Counted from the first letter of the stretch, positions 43,917 through 54,053 are shown. The stretch is 64,000 nucleotides of DNA from Spirulina sp. (GCA_044070495.1 JBIPSI010000003.1:96001-160000), one strand, 5' to 3'. The notes: generated from the sequence alone by a model not told the origin. Made by a program: numbers and translations.

Positions 43917-44528
43917 ATGACCCAAGATTCTGACCCGTCGAACGCAGCCCGTGGCAGCGGCCCGTGGAAGTGGGTGGCCCTGGGCTGTGGTGGTTGTCTG
44001 GTGTTTAGCACCGTTGCCCTGGTGGCCCTGGTTTGGCTGATTGGCCGCACCATGCAGTTTGCCATTGGCCCTGAGGGGGTAAACCCTGAACAAGCCCCCT
44101 TTGCCTACACCATCCCAGGACAGAGCGAGGGCGTGTTGTCCATGAATATGTTTGGGATGGAAATCACCCAAATTACCAGCACCGACACGCCACCCTCCGT
44201 GTTGTTAACGATGGGCCGATTGCCCCGCTACTTGCAAAACTCGGCGGATCAGGCCAGCCTGCTGGAATCCTTCCAGGAGGGCATGATTGGGGATGAAACC
44301 TACCAATTTTCCCCGCCCCGCACCGAGGAACGTACCCTCTGCGACACGGCGGTTCCCGTCATTCTACAGACGGGAGACTATCAGGAGAATCAATCCACCT
44401 ACCCAGCCACCAGCTTAATGGCCGCCGTGGACTACAATGGCCGCACCCAATTTGTGTGGATTTTGGCCCACGGTGATGCGGCAACGGCCAACGCCGACCA
44501 GGTGTTTAGCTCCTTGGCCTGTCAGTAG
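43917..44528 (+). CDS. Hypothetical membrane-anchored protein
   Basis: RBS GGGAGG; WKWVALGCGGCLV TM anchor. Confidence 0.75.
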   Translation: MTQDSDPSNAARGSGPWKWVALGCGGCLVFSTVALVALVWLIGRTMQFAIGPEGVNPEQAPFAYTIPGQSEGVLSMNMFGMEITQITSTDTPPSVLLTMGRLPRYLQNSADQASLLESFQEGMIGDETYQFSPPRTEERTLCDTAVPVILQTGDYQENQSTYPATSLMAAVDYNGRTQFVWILAHGDAATANADQVFSSLACQ

Positions 44529-44547
44529 GGCAGGATTCGTCAGTTCA

Positions 44548-45513
44548 TTACCCGCCGAAGTTCCACATCACCGGGTCGGGATCGACGTGGTCGGTGACGG
44601 TACGACTGATGGCGTCGATGTCTTGTAGGTCTTGGGCGGAGAGGCGAACATCGGCGGCTTTGGCGTTTTCCTGGGCCTGGATTGCGTTGCGTACCCCCAC
44701 GATGGCAGTGGTTTGGGGTTGGGCCAGCAGCCAGGCCAGGGCCAGGTTGCCGATGGTGGTGTGGTGCCGTTGGGCGATGGGGTTTAGCTCGGTGAGGGCG
44801 GCCAGGGCGGTGTCGTAGAGGGGCGGGCGGAACAGCTTATTTTTGCTGCGAATGTCGGCATCGGGGAAGCGGTGATCGGCATCAAATTTGCCCGTCAGCA
44901 AGCCCTGGGCCAGGGAAGAATAGGCCATCACCGTGAGGTTGTGTTCGATGCAGTAGGGCAACTGATCGGTTTCTACCCCGCGCCAAAACAGGGAATAGGG
45001 GGGCTGAAGGCTATCAATGCGGCCATGCTGGGCGGCCTCTTCGAGTTGAACACGGGAAAAGTTGGATACGCCAATGGCCCGGATTTTGCCCTGTTCCTTA
45101 AGCTGATTGAGGGCGGCCATGGTTTCGCCAATGGGGACGATCTCGCTGCCAAAGGAACCCGACGGCCAGTGAATTTGGTAGAGGTCAATCACATCGGTTT
45201 GCAGCCGTCGCAGGGATTGCTCACAGGCTTCGATGACTTGGTTAAACCGCAGATGATTGGCAAATACCTTAGTAGCCAGCACCACCCGATCCCGTCGATC
45301 CGCTAGGGCTTTGCCCACCAGTTCCTCGGAGTAGCCATCGCCGTAGACTTCAGCGGTATCGAAGGTGGTGATGCCCGCTTCTAGGGCCGCCTGCATGGCG
45401 GAGATGACGGTCTGGTCTTCAATGTCCACCCAGCCCTTTTTACCCGCCTGCCAGGTGCCGAGAATGATAGGACTCATCGCAATGCTGGTGTTGCCCAATA
45501 GACGGGTTTCCAT
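44548..45513 (-). CDS. Aldo/keto reductase
   Basis: GITTFDTAEVYG, LATKV, DLYQIHWP, GKIRAIGVSNF, AYSSLAQGLLTGK. Confidence 0.95.
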   Translation of the reverse strand: METRLLGNTSIAMSPIILGTWQAGKKGWVDIEDQTVISAMQAALEAGITTFDTAEVYGDGYSEELVGKALADRRDRVVLATKVFANHLRFNQVIEACEQSLRRLQTDVIDLYQIHWPSGSFGSEIVPIGETMAALNQLKEQGKIRAIGVSNFSRVQLEEAAQHGRIDSLQPPYSLFWRGVETDQLPYCIEHNLTVMAYSSLAQGLLTGKFDADHRFPDADIRSKNKLFRPPLYDTALAALTELNPIAQRHHTTIGNLALAWLLAQPQTTAIVGVRNAIQAQENAKAADVRLSAQDLQDIDAISRTVTDHVDPDPVMWNFGG

Positions 45514-45597
45514 GGCTGCGCTCCCTCCAGGACTATCAATACCGTGGGGCCATTATCCCCTGAATCTCGGTGGGTGAGGATTTTGGCGAACGATGGG

Positions 45598-45681
45598 CCA
45601 GGACGTCACGAAACTAGGGCGTCGCTAAAAACTAGAGCGTCACTAAAAACTAGGACATCACCAACTAGGGCGTCACTAAAA
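45598..45681. repeat. Degenerate 15-18-bp tandem repeats copying the 3' end of the L,D-transpeptidase gene
   Basis: ACTAGGGCGTCACTAAAA-like units at 45613, 45631, 45649 and 45664, plus a weaker one at 45598. Confidence 0.8.
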
Positions 45682-46306
45682 CCGTCATGCCCATTTGAAC
45701 GTGGTCGAACAAGGCTACCACATCCTCGTTGCGCAGCCGCACACAGCCGTTGGAGGCCGCCTGCCCAATGGAGGACACCGTGGGGGTACCGTGGAAGCCA
45801 ATAATGCCGTTATCGAGGGTGAGAAAGCCGATCCAGCGCAACCCTAGGGCGCTATTGGGGCCAGGTTCGTGGATTGCCCCTGTCCAGGGGCTTTTCCACA
45901 CCGGATCCACAATCATCTGAAAAATTTGGTACTCGCCCACGGGGGTTGGGGTGTCGGGGGCACCAATGGCGACGGGATAGCTATCCAGCACCATTTCGCC
46001 GCCATAAACATAAGCCCGCCGCTCCCCCAAACGTAGGACAACGTGGGTGGCGCGAGGTTTGGGAGATTCTGGCAGGTAGTCTGTGGGTAGGCCCAGGGGT
46101 GGCCCCGCCAGGGCTGGCACCACGGGTTCAGGGGAAACCGCCAGGGGTAAAGCCCCCGGAGAAGCTAGGACGGCACCGGAGGAAATGCCTACGGCCCCCG
46201 TGGCTAGCACGGCAGCCAGCCGACCACACCATCGAAAGCCACGGAACCCAGGCTTCAGCCGGGGCTGGGGGCAAGGGGTGGGTGCTGTCTTGGGGGGTAT
46301 GATCAC
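45665..46306 (-). CDS. L,D-transpeptidase (YkuD/ErfK family)
   Basis: YPVAIG..TPTPVG, LGLRWIGF, GFHGT...SIGQAASNGCVRL. Confidence 0.93.
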   Translation of the reverse strand: MIIPPKTAPTPCPQPRLKPGFRGFRWCGRLAAVLATGAVGISSGAVLASPGALPLAVSPEPVVPALAGPPLGLPTDYLPESPKPRATHVVLRLGERRAYVYGGEMVLDSYPVAIGAPDTPTPVGEYQIFQMIVDPVWKSPWTGAIHEPGPNSALGLRWIGFLTLDNGIIGFHGTPTVSSIGQAASNGCVRLRNEDVVALFDHVQMGMTVLVTP

Positions 46307-46310
46307 GGTT

Positions 46311-46354
46311 CTTTTATTCGTACATCACTAGGCTTTTATTCGTACATCACTAGG
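46311..46354. repeat. 22-bp direct tandem duplication
   Basis: CTTTTATTCGTACATCACTAGG twice, immediately upstream of the L,D-transpeptidase start. Confidence 0.85.
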
Positions 46355-46456
46355 CTTTACCTTCCTGGATCGTACATCCCTGGGGTTGCTGGCGAAGCCT
46401 TGGCCCCACCAGCCTAGCTATGCCTCCATCCTTGGGAACGGAGGGCGCAGCGTTCT

Positions 46457-47200
46457 CTACCAGAGTCCTTGAACAGGCTCGGAGGTGGTGGTGGTCGGAG
46501 TAGTGGTGGTGGTCGGGGTGGTGGTCGGGGTTACGACTTCTTCAACCACTTCCTCCTCGACAACGGGTGTGGTTTCCTCGGCTTCCACGGTCTCAGCCTC
46601 AACCATCCGGGCCGTCAGCTTATCCACAAACCCTTCAGGAATCAGCACGGTGTCGATGGCGTGGATGACGCCGTTGCTGGCCTCAACATCTGGAATGATG
46701 ATTTCGGCATCATTAACAAACAATTCATCGCCCATGGAGCTGATGTTAACAGGGCCATTTAGGGTTTCAAGATCGCGGGGGCCACTCAGACCAGAGGAGG
46801 TCACCGTATCGGGCACCACATGGTAGGCCAGCAGTTCCGTGAGCAGATCCTTGTTTTCAGGCAACAGCAGAGCCTCTACCACTTCGTCGGGCAGGGCCTC
46901 AAAGGCCTCGTTGGTGGGGGCAAACACGGTGAAAGGCCCATCGCCAGAGAGGGTGTCTACAAGGTCAGCGGCCTGTACAGCGGTGACGAGGGTGCTGAAG
47001 TTATCGTTGCCAGCGGCCACATCCACAATGGTGTCACCCATTTGGGCGATGTGCATGTCGGCAAGCTCGATGGCCACGGGGTTAGCTACAGCCGAAGTGG
47101 AGCGCAGTTCCTCGGCCAGGGCTGGGGCAGCGGCCAAGATTCCTACACCTGCCACGCTAAAGAGGGCAGAAACAACCTTGGACATGATGGGGTGGGTCAT
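46457..47200 (-). CDS. Fasciclin (FAS1) domain protein
   Basis: Signal peptide; GPFTVFAPTNEAF, LAYHVV, ASNGVIHAIDTVL; Thr-rich tail ending PVQGLW. Confidence 0.95.
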   Translation of the reverse strand: MTHPIMSKVVSALFSVAGVGILAAAPALAEELRSTSAVANPVAIELADMHIAQMGDTIVDVAAGNDNFSTLVTAVQAADLVDTLSGDGPFTVFAPTNEAFEALPDEVVEALLLPENKDLLTELLAYHVVPDTVTSSGLSGPRDLETLNGPVNISSMGDELFVNDAEIIIPDVEASNGVIHAIDTVLIPEGFVDKLTARMVEAETVEAEETTPVVEEEVVEEVVTPTTTPTTTTTPTTTTSEPVQGLW

Positions 47201-47314
47201 AGTTCTTGAGTGTAAAGTTTTGCAAACAAAGACACCTGAGATTCTAATACACTTCCACACTCTGCACCGGAACTCCCATGGGCGCATCCTGACATTAGCC
47301 CTACGGAGTTGGCC

Positions 47315-48181
47315 CTAGTGCAAGACGGGGCCAGCCCCCCCAAACAAAAACAGCGACAGGAAAAAATCCACCACAAACAGCCCCACCCAGGTGGTAACCA
47401 CGGCGGCGGTGGCGGATCGGCCCACGGATTGACTACAGGTGGTGGTGAGGCCCCAGGTGCAGCCCGCCAAACCCACCATGGCCCCAAATAGTACAGATTT
47501 CATTAAAACGGCTAGCAAGTCGCTCATCCCCAGCAAGGCCCGCACCGACTCAAGAAACTGTGGCACCGGCACCTGATAGATTTGCTGGGCGATGGCGGCC
47601 CCCGACAGAATCCCTAGTACCAAACCAATCACGGTGAGGGCAGGTAACATCAGGCAGCAGGCCAAAACCCTCGGCACCACCAGGTAGTTGACGGGGCAGG
47701 TTTGCAAGACCTTGAGGGCATCGATCTGATCCGTGACCTTCATACAGCCAATTTCGGCGGCAAAGGCGGTTCCCACCTGCCCCGCCAAAATCGCCGCCGT
47801 TAGCAGGGGGGCCAACTCTCGACAAAAGGCCATGGCGAAGGCTCCACCCAGGGCAAAGATGGCTCCAAACCGATCCAGTTCGCGGGCGGTTTGGATAGTG
47901 AAGATCATGCCAGCGAAGACATTAATCATCACTACGGGCATTAGGGTGCCCGGCCCCACCAGTGCCATTTGTGCCAGGGTGTTCTGGCGATTCACCCGCC
48001 CCTGCAAAACCCGGACGAGCACTTGCCCACCCAGAAAGCAGGCCATGACCACATGGTACAGCCACGACCGTTGACGCAACCCCGCCCCTTGAGGGGCCGC
48101 GAGCCATGGCTGAGGCGACGGTTGCGCCTGGGGTACGGGGGTATTTCCATCCCAGGCATGGGGAAACGGGGCTTTAACCAT
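47315..48181 (-). CDS. mlaE: MlaE-family lipid ABC transporter permease
   Basis: RELAPLLTA..AGQVGTAFAAEIG.MKVTDQIDAL, YLVVPRVLAC, VGRSATAAVV. Confidence 0.9.
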   Translation of the reverse strand: MVKAPFPHAWDGNTPVPQAQPSPQPWLAAPQGAGLRQRSWLYHVVMACFLGGQVLVRVLQGRVNRQNTLAQMALVGPGTLMPVVMINVFAGMIFTIQTARELDRFGAIFALGGAFAMAFCRELAPLLTAAILAGQVGTAFAAEIGCMKVTDQIDALKVLQTCPVNYLVVPRVLACCLMLPALTVIGLVLGILSGAAIAQQIYQVPVPQFLESVRALLGMSDLLAVLMKSVLFGAMVGLAGCTWGLTTTCSQSVGRSATAAVVTTWVGLFVVDFFLSLFLFGGAGPVLH

Positions 48182-48349
48182 GGCTAAGGTGACTCGCAAT
48201 CGCTAAGGGGGGCATCAAGGCTGATCTTGATCTTGATCTGATTGACGTTCGACTGACGGGATTGTCGCCCGACTTTTCGCATCTGCCCCCTCGGCGTATC
48301 AATTTTTTTCAGTTTTTCCGATCCAAGGGTTGCCATTTCTAAGTTTTAT

Positions 48350-48378
48350 AGTACATTTGTATTTAGTTCTCTTGTTCT
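48350..48378 (+). promoter_or_regulatory. Tandem LexA/SOS-box-like sites
   Basis: AGTACATTTGTATT (48350-48363) and AGTTCTCTTGTTCT (48365-48378), overlapping a TTGCCA-N16-TACATT promoter candidate. Confidence 0.5.
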
Positions 48379-48388
48379 AGTACGCGCC

Positions 48389-49309
48389 ATGGATACCCAA
48401 GCTTTGCAGGCCATGCAGGAAAAGCTTCTCCGTCAGCAGCAGACCCTCAGGTCTCAGTCCCCGTTGGAGATCCGGAGTGATTGGCCTGTGCCCCACCATA
48501 TTGGGGTTCACAGTACCGCAGCTCGGGTAGCAGAAACGGTAGACATGCTACAGCGCCGATCTTGGCAGTCGGGGGCAACGGGGGCCACCCCTAGGTCAAG
48601 GTCGGAGGTGGCCCGTAGGGTAGGGGTAGATCGGCCCCGTCGGTTTACCCCCGCCACCTATCAGCGGCAGATGGCCGCCATCGTCAAACGCATTAACGAC
48701 CTCTCGCGTGAGCAAGAGCAGGCCATGGCGGAAATGCAATGGGTGCAGCAACAGCTCGTTTCCTTCGGTGCTGAAGGATCCTCTCCTCCGGCTTGGCCCA
48801 CCATTAACTTCGACCAGGCCGTAACCGCCAGGGCCAGCCTGGATGCTTCTGGTCAAGTTCTGCTCGGCTATGGTTCCGTGCGTCCCCAGCCCGTTCAGGA
48901 GGAGGAAGCCCATGCCCTAGCCCAGCACCTGCGCCAAGCCTACGGGTCGCCCCAAGGGCAGCGTCCCGGTTCGGTAGGGCTGCGGCGAGTATGGCGTCGC
49001 CTGGGGGCATGGATTACCAAAGCCATCCCCAGTAGGGCAATCCATCCCCACCAAGACCGTATCCCTTCCCCAGCGCCCTCGACCACCGAGGCCATGCTGT
49101 GGGCGGGGGCTGGCGTGGGTGGTCGATTTGTGATTCAGGGGCTGATGATGACCATCCCCAGTTTAGGCATAGTCGCTGTTGTGGCCTGCCTTGCCAGCCT
49201 CTCCCTAACCCTGTATCGCGCCATTTTGTCGCCTACGCCCGATGTCAACCTGATGAGTCGAATCGCCCTAGCCCTAGCGGGGCTGTTGATTGGCGGTTAT
49301 CTGGTCTAG
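48389..49309 (+). CDS. Hypothetical protein, coiled coil plus C-terminal TM helices (306 aa)
   Basis: ATG start; three hydrophobic segments at the C-terminus. Confidence 0.75.
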   Translation: MDTQALQAMQEKLLRQQQTLRSQSPLEIRSDWPVPHHIGVHSTAARVAETVDMLQRRSWQSGATGATPRSRSEVARRVGVDRPRRFTPATYQRQMAAIVKRINDLSREQEQAMAEMQWVQQQLVSFGAEGSSPPAWPTINFDQAVTARASLDASGQVLLGYGSVRPQPVQEEEAHALAQHLRQAYGSPQGQRPGSVGLRRVWRRLGAWITKAIPSRAIHPHQDRIPSPAPSTTEAMLWAGAGVGGRFVIQGLMMTIPSLGIVAVVACLASLSLTLYRAILSPTPDVNLMSRIALALAGLLIGGYLV

Positions 49310-49408
49310 GAACCCTAGCAATCTACCCTCACGGATTCCTTCCCCAATTTCTTCCCAAGCGTCGTTCTCCAGCCATCTCCTGCTCCAGCCATTCCTAAGG
49401 ACTCCCCC

Positions 49409-49822
49409 ATGCTTTCCACTCGCCCCCCCATCGATTCCCCCTCTCCCACCCTGGCAAAGTCCTTGCTGCCTGCGGCGGCCTCGCTCATTGCGGTCGCTGT
49501 CGTTGGCCAAGGTCAAATTCCCAACTTCTGGCGATCCACCTCCACGCCGTCTTCCTCGGAAACCTGTGAAGCCATCATCCGCAGCGATGCCCGCCTTGGT
49601 CGCGAAGAATTGGCCAAGCTGTTGACCATTCCTGAGCGCGACAGCAAAGAAAATGTGCGCAAGGTGGTTTCTGAGCCTTACTGCCGCCTGCCTGCCCTTC
49701 AAATTCGGGCGGGTGTTGAGGCCGAGCGCGAGGTCTATCCCCTCGCCTTCGACCCCTCCACCCACCTCATCCTGCTCTACGAAGGAGACGAGTATGCAGG
49801 GTATCGATTCAAGGTGAACTAG
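49409..49822 (+). CDS. Conserved hypothetical cyanobacterial protein (137 aa)
   Basis: LAKLLTIPER...EPYCRLP....RAGV.AERE.YPLAFDP...LYEGDEYAGYRF. Confidence 0.8.
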   Translation: MLSTRPPIDSPSPTLAKSLLPAAASLIAVAVVGQGQIPNFWRSTSTPSSSETCEAIIRSDARLGREELAKLLTIPERDSKENVRKVVSEPYCRLPALQIRAGVEAEREVYPLAFDPSTHLILLYEGDEYAGYRFKVN

Positions 49823-49830
49823 GCTCGAAT

Positions 49831-49916
49831 GGCGCTGATGTGAGGCTGGTGGGCAGTGCCCACCCTACGGCTACGGCGCTGATGTAAGGCTGGTGGGCAG
49901 TGCCCACCCTACGGCT
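49831..49916. repeat. Two tandem 44-bp units each containing a GTAG-type REP palindrome
   Basis: GGCGCTGATGT(G/A)AGGCTGGTGGGCAGTGCCCACCCTACGGCT twice; its reverse complement core GTAGGGTGGGCACTGCCCACC also occurs at 53950. Confidence 0.88.
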
Positions 49917-49957
49917 CTCCCTATTTCCCCTAGACTCCCCATCCCCATCCGGTCCCC

Positions 49958-51685
49958 ATGAAACTGCTTCTCTTCCTGTTAACCACCAGTGCCCTGGTGC
50001 TTTGGGTGGGCTTAGCCCCTGCCCAGGCAGAGGATTTCGCCCTCAACTTTGATCCTCCGGCCTTGCCCCAGCCCAGCCCGCCGCCAGAGCCGCCAGAGCC
50101 GCCAGAGCCTACCCCATTCCTGCCCCCAGAACAGCGACCTCTGCCCATTCCTAGCCACGGCACCCGCCCCCCCATGCGCTTTCATTCCCCCAGTCAACTG
50201 CCCAGCGGGGTAAACCGACAGGCGGTGGCGGTGGCCCTCAACGAAGGCCATTCGGCCATGGACGTGCTGCCCCCGGTGCCGCCTAGGATGGAGCCAGATC
50301 CCGCCGTGGTTGAGGCCCCAGCGCCCGATGCGACTCCACCGGATCCCGTAGCGGCTATCCCCCCTGAGCCAGCACCCAAGCCCGACGACGTGATCTTGAG
50401 CTTTGGGGTAGATTCCACCGATGCCTCGGCAACGGTGGCCCAGGCCGAGCCAGAACCCCCTCCGGCGACGCCCCCTCCGGCTCCCGTGCTATCTACCTTG
50501 TTTGAAGGGGGCAATCAGTCTTTGGTGGCCCGTACCGTGGGCAGTGCCGAGGGCACCCGCACCGCCACGGGGGGGTTCACCTCCGCTTACCATGGCCACA
50601 CCGACCCCGGCAACCGGGCCTGGAATATGGGCACCTTCTCCTACCAGCATGGGGCCACCTCGGCGGCGGAGGCGGATCGCAAGCAGCTCAAGCGCCTGCA
50701 ATCTCAGACTGGGGTGCTGGAGCGGCGGGCTTTGAACCGGGGCATGAACCTAACCCTGGAGGAAACCCTCAACGGCATCGACCTGGCTAACCAATCGCCC
50801 CTGGCCTCCATTGGGCGGGTGGGCTACATCGAGCGGCTGTCGGAGGTGAGAACCTGGGGGCTGGAGGGAACCGAGGCCATCGTCGTGGCCCGCACCCGGT
50901 CGTACATCAACCCCAACACGGGCCGCTGGAATGCCCCCGGCCTAGGCAACACCGAAGCCAGCATCACCCGCGACCAACGCCGCCGCACCGATGCCATCGC
51001 CCGCGCCCTAGAAGCCTATCGCCTAGAGTATCCCCACCTAAACTTGGCTCCTACCCTGGTCACCATCGCTCCCCCAGAGGTGCTAGCGGCGGCTCAGCCC
51101 CCCGTCCTGCTCCCCACCCCGGAACCGGAACCGGATACCGTGCCTGTGAAGATGGCAGATTTCTCCGAACCCCCGTCATCGGAAGCTCCCCTGGCTGAAA
51201 CCCCAGCATCGGAAAACTCACTATCTGAAAACTCCCTGGCTGAAACCCCAGCATCGGAAAACTCACCGCCGGAAAACCCCTCGTCTGTAGGCGCATCGTT
51301 GGTAAACGCATCGGACGAACCAGCAAGGACACCCGATCAACATGCAGATACCCTAAACCTTCCCTCCGCAGAACCCGTCAATCCCCCAGAACTCGCTAGT
51401 CAACAGGATGATCAACAGGCTGACGACTTCGCTGTAACGTCCCCAGAAGCGACCGAGTCCGTTGCCACTGTAACGTTCCCAGAAGCGACCGAGTCCGTTG
51501 CCACTGACCCACTGCCCCCAACGCCGCCTGCCCCAGATTCGGCCAATGCAGAGGCAAATCCATCAAACGTTGCCGATTCACCCATCGATCCAGCCGCTGA
51601 AACGATGGAGGTGACGACTCCAGCAACGGCATCCTCTGACGATCAGGACATGGCCCCATCCGCCCCCTCCCCAGCCACGCCATAA
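49958..51685 (+). CDS. Secreted Pro-rich hypothetical protein with a conserved central domain
   Basis: Signal peptide; core VGSAEGTRT...AYHGHTDPGN...GTFSYQH; low-complexity flanks with 45-bp and 36-bp internal duplications. Confidence 0.8.
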   Translation: MKLLLFLLTTSALVLWVGLAPAQAEDFALNFDPPALPQPSPPPEPPEPPEPTPFLPPEQRPLPIPSHGTRPPMRFHSPSQLPSGVNRQAVAVALNEGHSAMDVLPPVPPRMEPDPAVVEAPAPDATPPDPVAAIPPEPAPKPDDVILSFGVDSTDASATVAQAEPEPPPATPPPAPVLSTLFEGGNQSLVARTVGSAEGTRTATGGFTSAYHGHTDPGNRAWNMGTFSYQHGATSAAEADRKQLKRLQSQTGVLERRALNRGMNLTLEETLNGIDLANQSPLASIGRVGYIERLSEVRTWGLEGTEAIVVARTRSYINPNTGRWNAPGLGNTEASITRDQRRRTDAIARALEAYRLEYPHLNLAPTLVTIAPPEVLAAAQPPVLLPTPEPEPDTVPVKMADFSEPPSSEAPLAETPASENSLSENSLAETPASENSPPENPSSVGASLVNASDEPARTPDQHADTLNLPSAEPVNPPELASQQDDQQADDFAVTSPEATESVATVTFPEATESVATDPLPPTPPAPDSANAEANPSNVADSPIDPAAETMEVTTPATASSDDQDMAPSAPSPATP

Positions 51686-51741
51686 CCCGCCCAGGGATAG
51701 TTTTGGTAAAGTGGTACTGAGTACGATTTATACCCTTCACC

Positions 51742-52188
51742 ATGGCTATCCCCGTCTCCCCAACACCGCCCATCACCTCCCTGGAGGACGCGCTAGAGCG
51801 GTGTCAGGCCTTGGGAATGCGCCTCAGCCGCCAGCGGCGCTACATCCTAGAACTGCTTTGGCAGCAGCAGGGGCATCTGTCGGCGCGGGAAATTTACCAT
51901 CGCCTCAACCAGCAGGGGCGGGAGATTGGCCATACCTCGGTGTACCAAAACCTGGATGCCCTCTCGGAGCAGGGCATTATTGAATGCGTGGATCGGGCCG
52001 ATGGGCGGCTCTATGGCCCCACTAGCAGTTCCCATAGCCACGTTAACTGTCTGGATACGGAGGAAATCATCGATGTGGATGTGGTGCTACCAGCGGAACT
52101 GATTCAACACATCGAGGCCCAAACTGGGGTTTCTATTATCGACTACCGGATTGATTTCTTTGGCACCAAAACCGCTGCGGTGGGCTAG
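51742..52188 (+). CDS. Fur-family transcriptional regulator
   Basis: GMRLSRQRRYILELL, HLSAREIY, TSVYQNL, HSHVNC. Confidence 0.92.
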   Translation: MAIPVSPTPPITSLEDALERCQALGMRLSRQRRYILELLWQQQGHLSAREIYHRLNQQGREIGHTSVYQNLDALSEQGIIECVDRADGRLYGPTSSSHSHVNCLDTEEIIDVDVVLPAELIQHIEAQTGVSIIDYRIDFFGTKTAAVG

Positions 52189-52373
52189 CGCTTCGTCCGG
52201 ATTGGGGGCGGATTGGACTGTATGAAAACCTTGGGCATCGGATGAATCGAATTTCCTGGAGTTCTTGGATTCCCTGGATTCCCTGAACCTGAAGAACTAG
52301 ATTCACGCAGATGCCCTAGGCGTCTCGATAGGGCATCTGCCTGGTGTTGTCCTTCCCCGTCCTTTATTACCTG

Positions 52374-52766
52374 ATGTCGCCCATGCAACGGCCCCTCCTT
52401 TCCCTTGGCTTGATGGCTAGCGTCCTGACTCTGGCCCTACCCGCCGCCGCCCGTCCAGAACTCGCCAGTGGTGACCAACTGCTGAATACCGATGTTGCCG
52501 GATGCCTCGCCGCCGCCGATCAGTTTATTCAAGACTTGGGAATTGAGTTTTCCCAGGGCAGCATCGACCGCACGGGCTATTTTGAAGACGGCGTCTTCCG
52601 CATTCTGTGCTACGGAGCCGGAGAAGAGGAAAGCTTGGCGGTGGTGTTTGCCAGCCACGACACCTCGAGCGATGCGGTGGCCGACTTCATCCAACTGGCC
52701 CTCAGCTCCCTCAGTCGCCTTCAGCCGGAGACCCCATCGGCCCAAGGTCTTCCCCAGGAAGACTAG
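52374..52766 (+). CDS. Hypothetical secreted protein
   Basis: Signal peptide ending LALPAAA; start could be 52383. Confidence 0.7.
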   Translation: MSPMQRPLLSLGLMASVLTLALPAAARPELASGDQLLNTDVAGCLAAADQFIQDLGIEFSQGSIDRTGYFEDGVFRILCYGAGEEESLAVVFASHDTSSDAVADFIQLALSSLSRLQPETPSAQGLPQED

Positions 52767-52995
52767 GCGATCTAGATATTTTGTTAGATTGGAGCGTCTG
52801 GAGCGGTTATTGGCGGTTATCGCTATCGTCACTTGAGCCAGAACATTCAGACAACCTTCAAACCTTGGAACGTTCTAACCTTTAAAGGGGCAATGTCTCA
52901 ACCAGACTGGCTGCGGCTATCGTTATGGGTTATTGGCTGGTTCAAAAGTGCCCCATTGATCGCTACACTACCCCCAACTACGGAGGGGAACGATC

Positions 52996-53919
52996 ATGGA
53001 ATCTAGTGCGTTAACGACCCTTTTTCTGCCCCTAGCCCTGTTTGCCGTCATGCTGGGGATGGGCCTGGGGCTACGGGTTGAAGATTTTAAGCGGGTGGTG
53101 GTCTATCCAAAATTAGTGATTGTGGGGCTGATGGCCCAGTTGGTGATGCTGCCAATGCTAGGGTTTCTCCTAGCTACGGTTTTTCCCCTACAGCCTGAGC
53201 TGGCGGTGGGGATGATTCTGCTAACGGCCTGCCCAGGGGGGCCAACCTCGAACGTGATGACCTATTTGGCGCGAGGCAATGTGGCTCTTTCGATTTCCCT
53301 CACCGCCCTCAGTAGCATGATCACGGTGTTGACCATTCCCCTGGTGATTAACCTGGCCATGGGGCGTTTTTTAGGCGCAACGACGACTCTACAACTACCC
53401 TTCCTGGCTACGGTTCTTCAAATTGCGGTGATTACCATCATTCCGGTGGGGCTGGGAATGATGGTCAACCACTATCGCCCCCGCACCGCCGCCCAAATCG
53501 AACGGGGAGTGAAGTGGCTATCCCTCTTTTTGCTAGGGGTGATTATCGCCGGACTGTTGATTCAACAACGCGCTAACCTGCTCGATTTCTTTGCTCAGGT
53601 GGGGGTTGTCATGCTCGTGCTAAATCTGGTGGCCATGGGGCTAAGCTATGGGATCGCCCGCGCCTGCCGCCTCGATGACCCCAGTAGCACAGCCATCACG
53701 ATAGAGGTGGGCACCCAGAACGGCACCCTCGCCATTGCTCTGGCTAGCTCGCCCCTGTTTCTCAACCAGCCCGACCTCGCCATTCCCGCCGCCATCTACA
53801 GTCTGCTGATGTTTGCCACGGGCCTCGCCTTTGCCACCTGGAAAAGCAAAACCCCCAGGCTTGCCAACATTGAAGCTGCCCCTCATCCCGATGGTGATCC
53901 CATCGGTGGGCGTAAGTAG
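52996..53919 (+). CDS. Bile acid:sodium symporter (BASS) family protein
   Basis: MLGMGLGL, AQLVMLP, ACPGGPTSN, GNVALS, IEVGTQNGTLA. Confidence 0.95.
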   Translation: MESSALTTLFLPLALFAVMLGMGLGLRVEDFKRVVVYPKLVIVGLMAQLVMLPMLGFLLATVFPLQPELAVGMILLTACPGGPTSNVMTYLARGNVALSISLTALSSMITVLTIPLVINLAMGRFLGATTTLQLPFLATVLQIAVITIIPVGLGMMVNHYRPRTAAQIERGVKWLSLFLLGVIIAGLLIQQRANLLDFFAQVGVVMLVLNLVAMGLSYGIARACRLDDPSSTAITIEVGTQNGTLAIALASSPLFLNQPDLAIPAAIYSLLMFATGLAFATWKSKTPRLANIEAAPHPDGDPIGGRK

Positions 53920-53949
53920 TAACCCGTCTGGGCCGCCCCCCTAACCATC

Positions 53950-53970
53950 GTAGGGTGGGCACTGCCCACC
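53950..53970. repeat. GTAG-type REP palindrome
   Basis: GTAGGGTGGGCACTGCCCACC between convergent genes. Confidence 0.85.
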
Positions 53971-54053
53971 ATGAGGGAGAACGTTTTCCAGAAATCTCCT
54001 CAGGGTTGATCCCCTAGGCTGCCGAAGGAAAGGGGCTTTGAGCCTGACTTGGA

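Noticed and set aside
45598..45681. CRISPR-like array
   Set aside because: Units abut without unique spacers, copy the adjacent gene end, and no cas genes are present.
49831..49916. Mini CRISPR array
   Set aside because: The two units are near-identical throughout; this is a REP tandem duplication.
52252..52287. 9-bp TTCCCTGGA-like tandem repeats
   Set aside because: Short degenerate intergenic repeat, common in cyanobacteria; no further structure.
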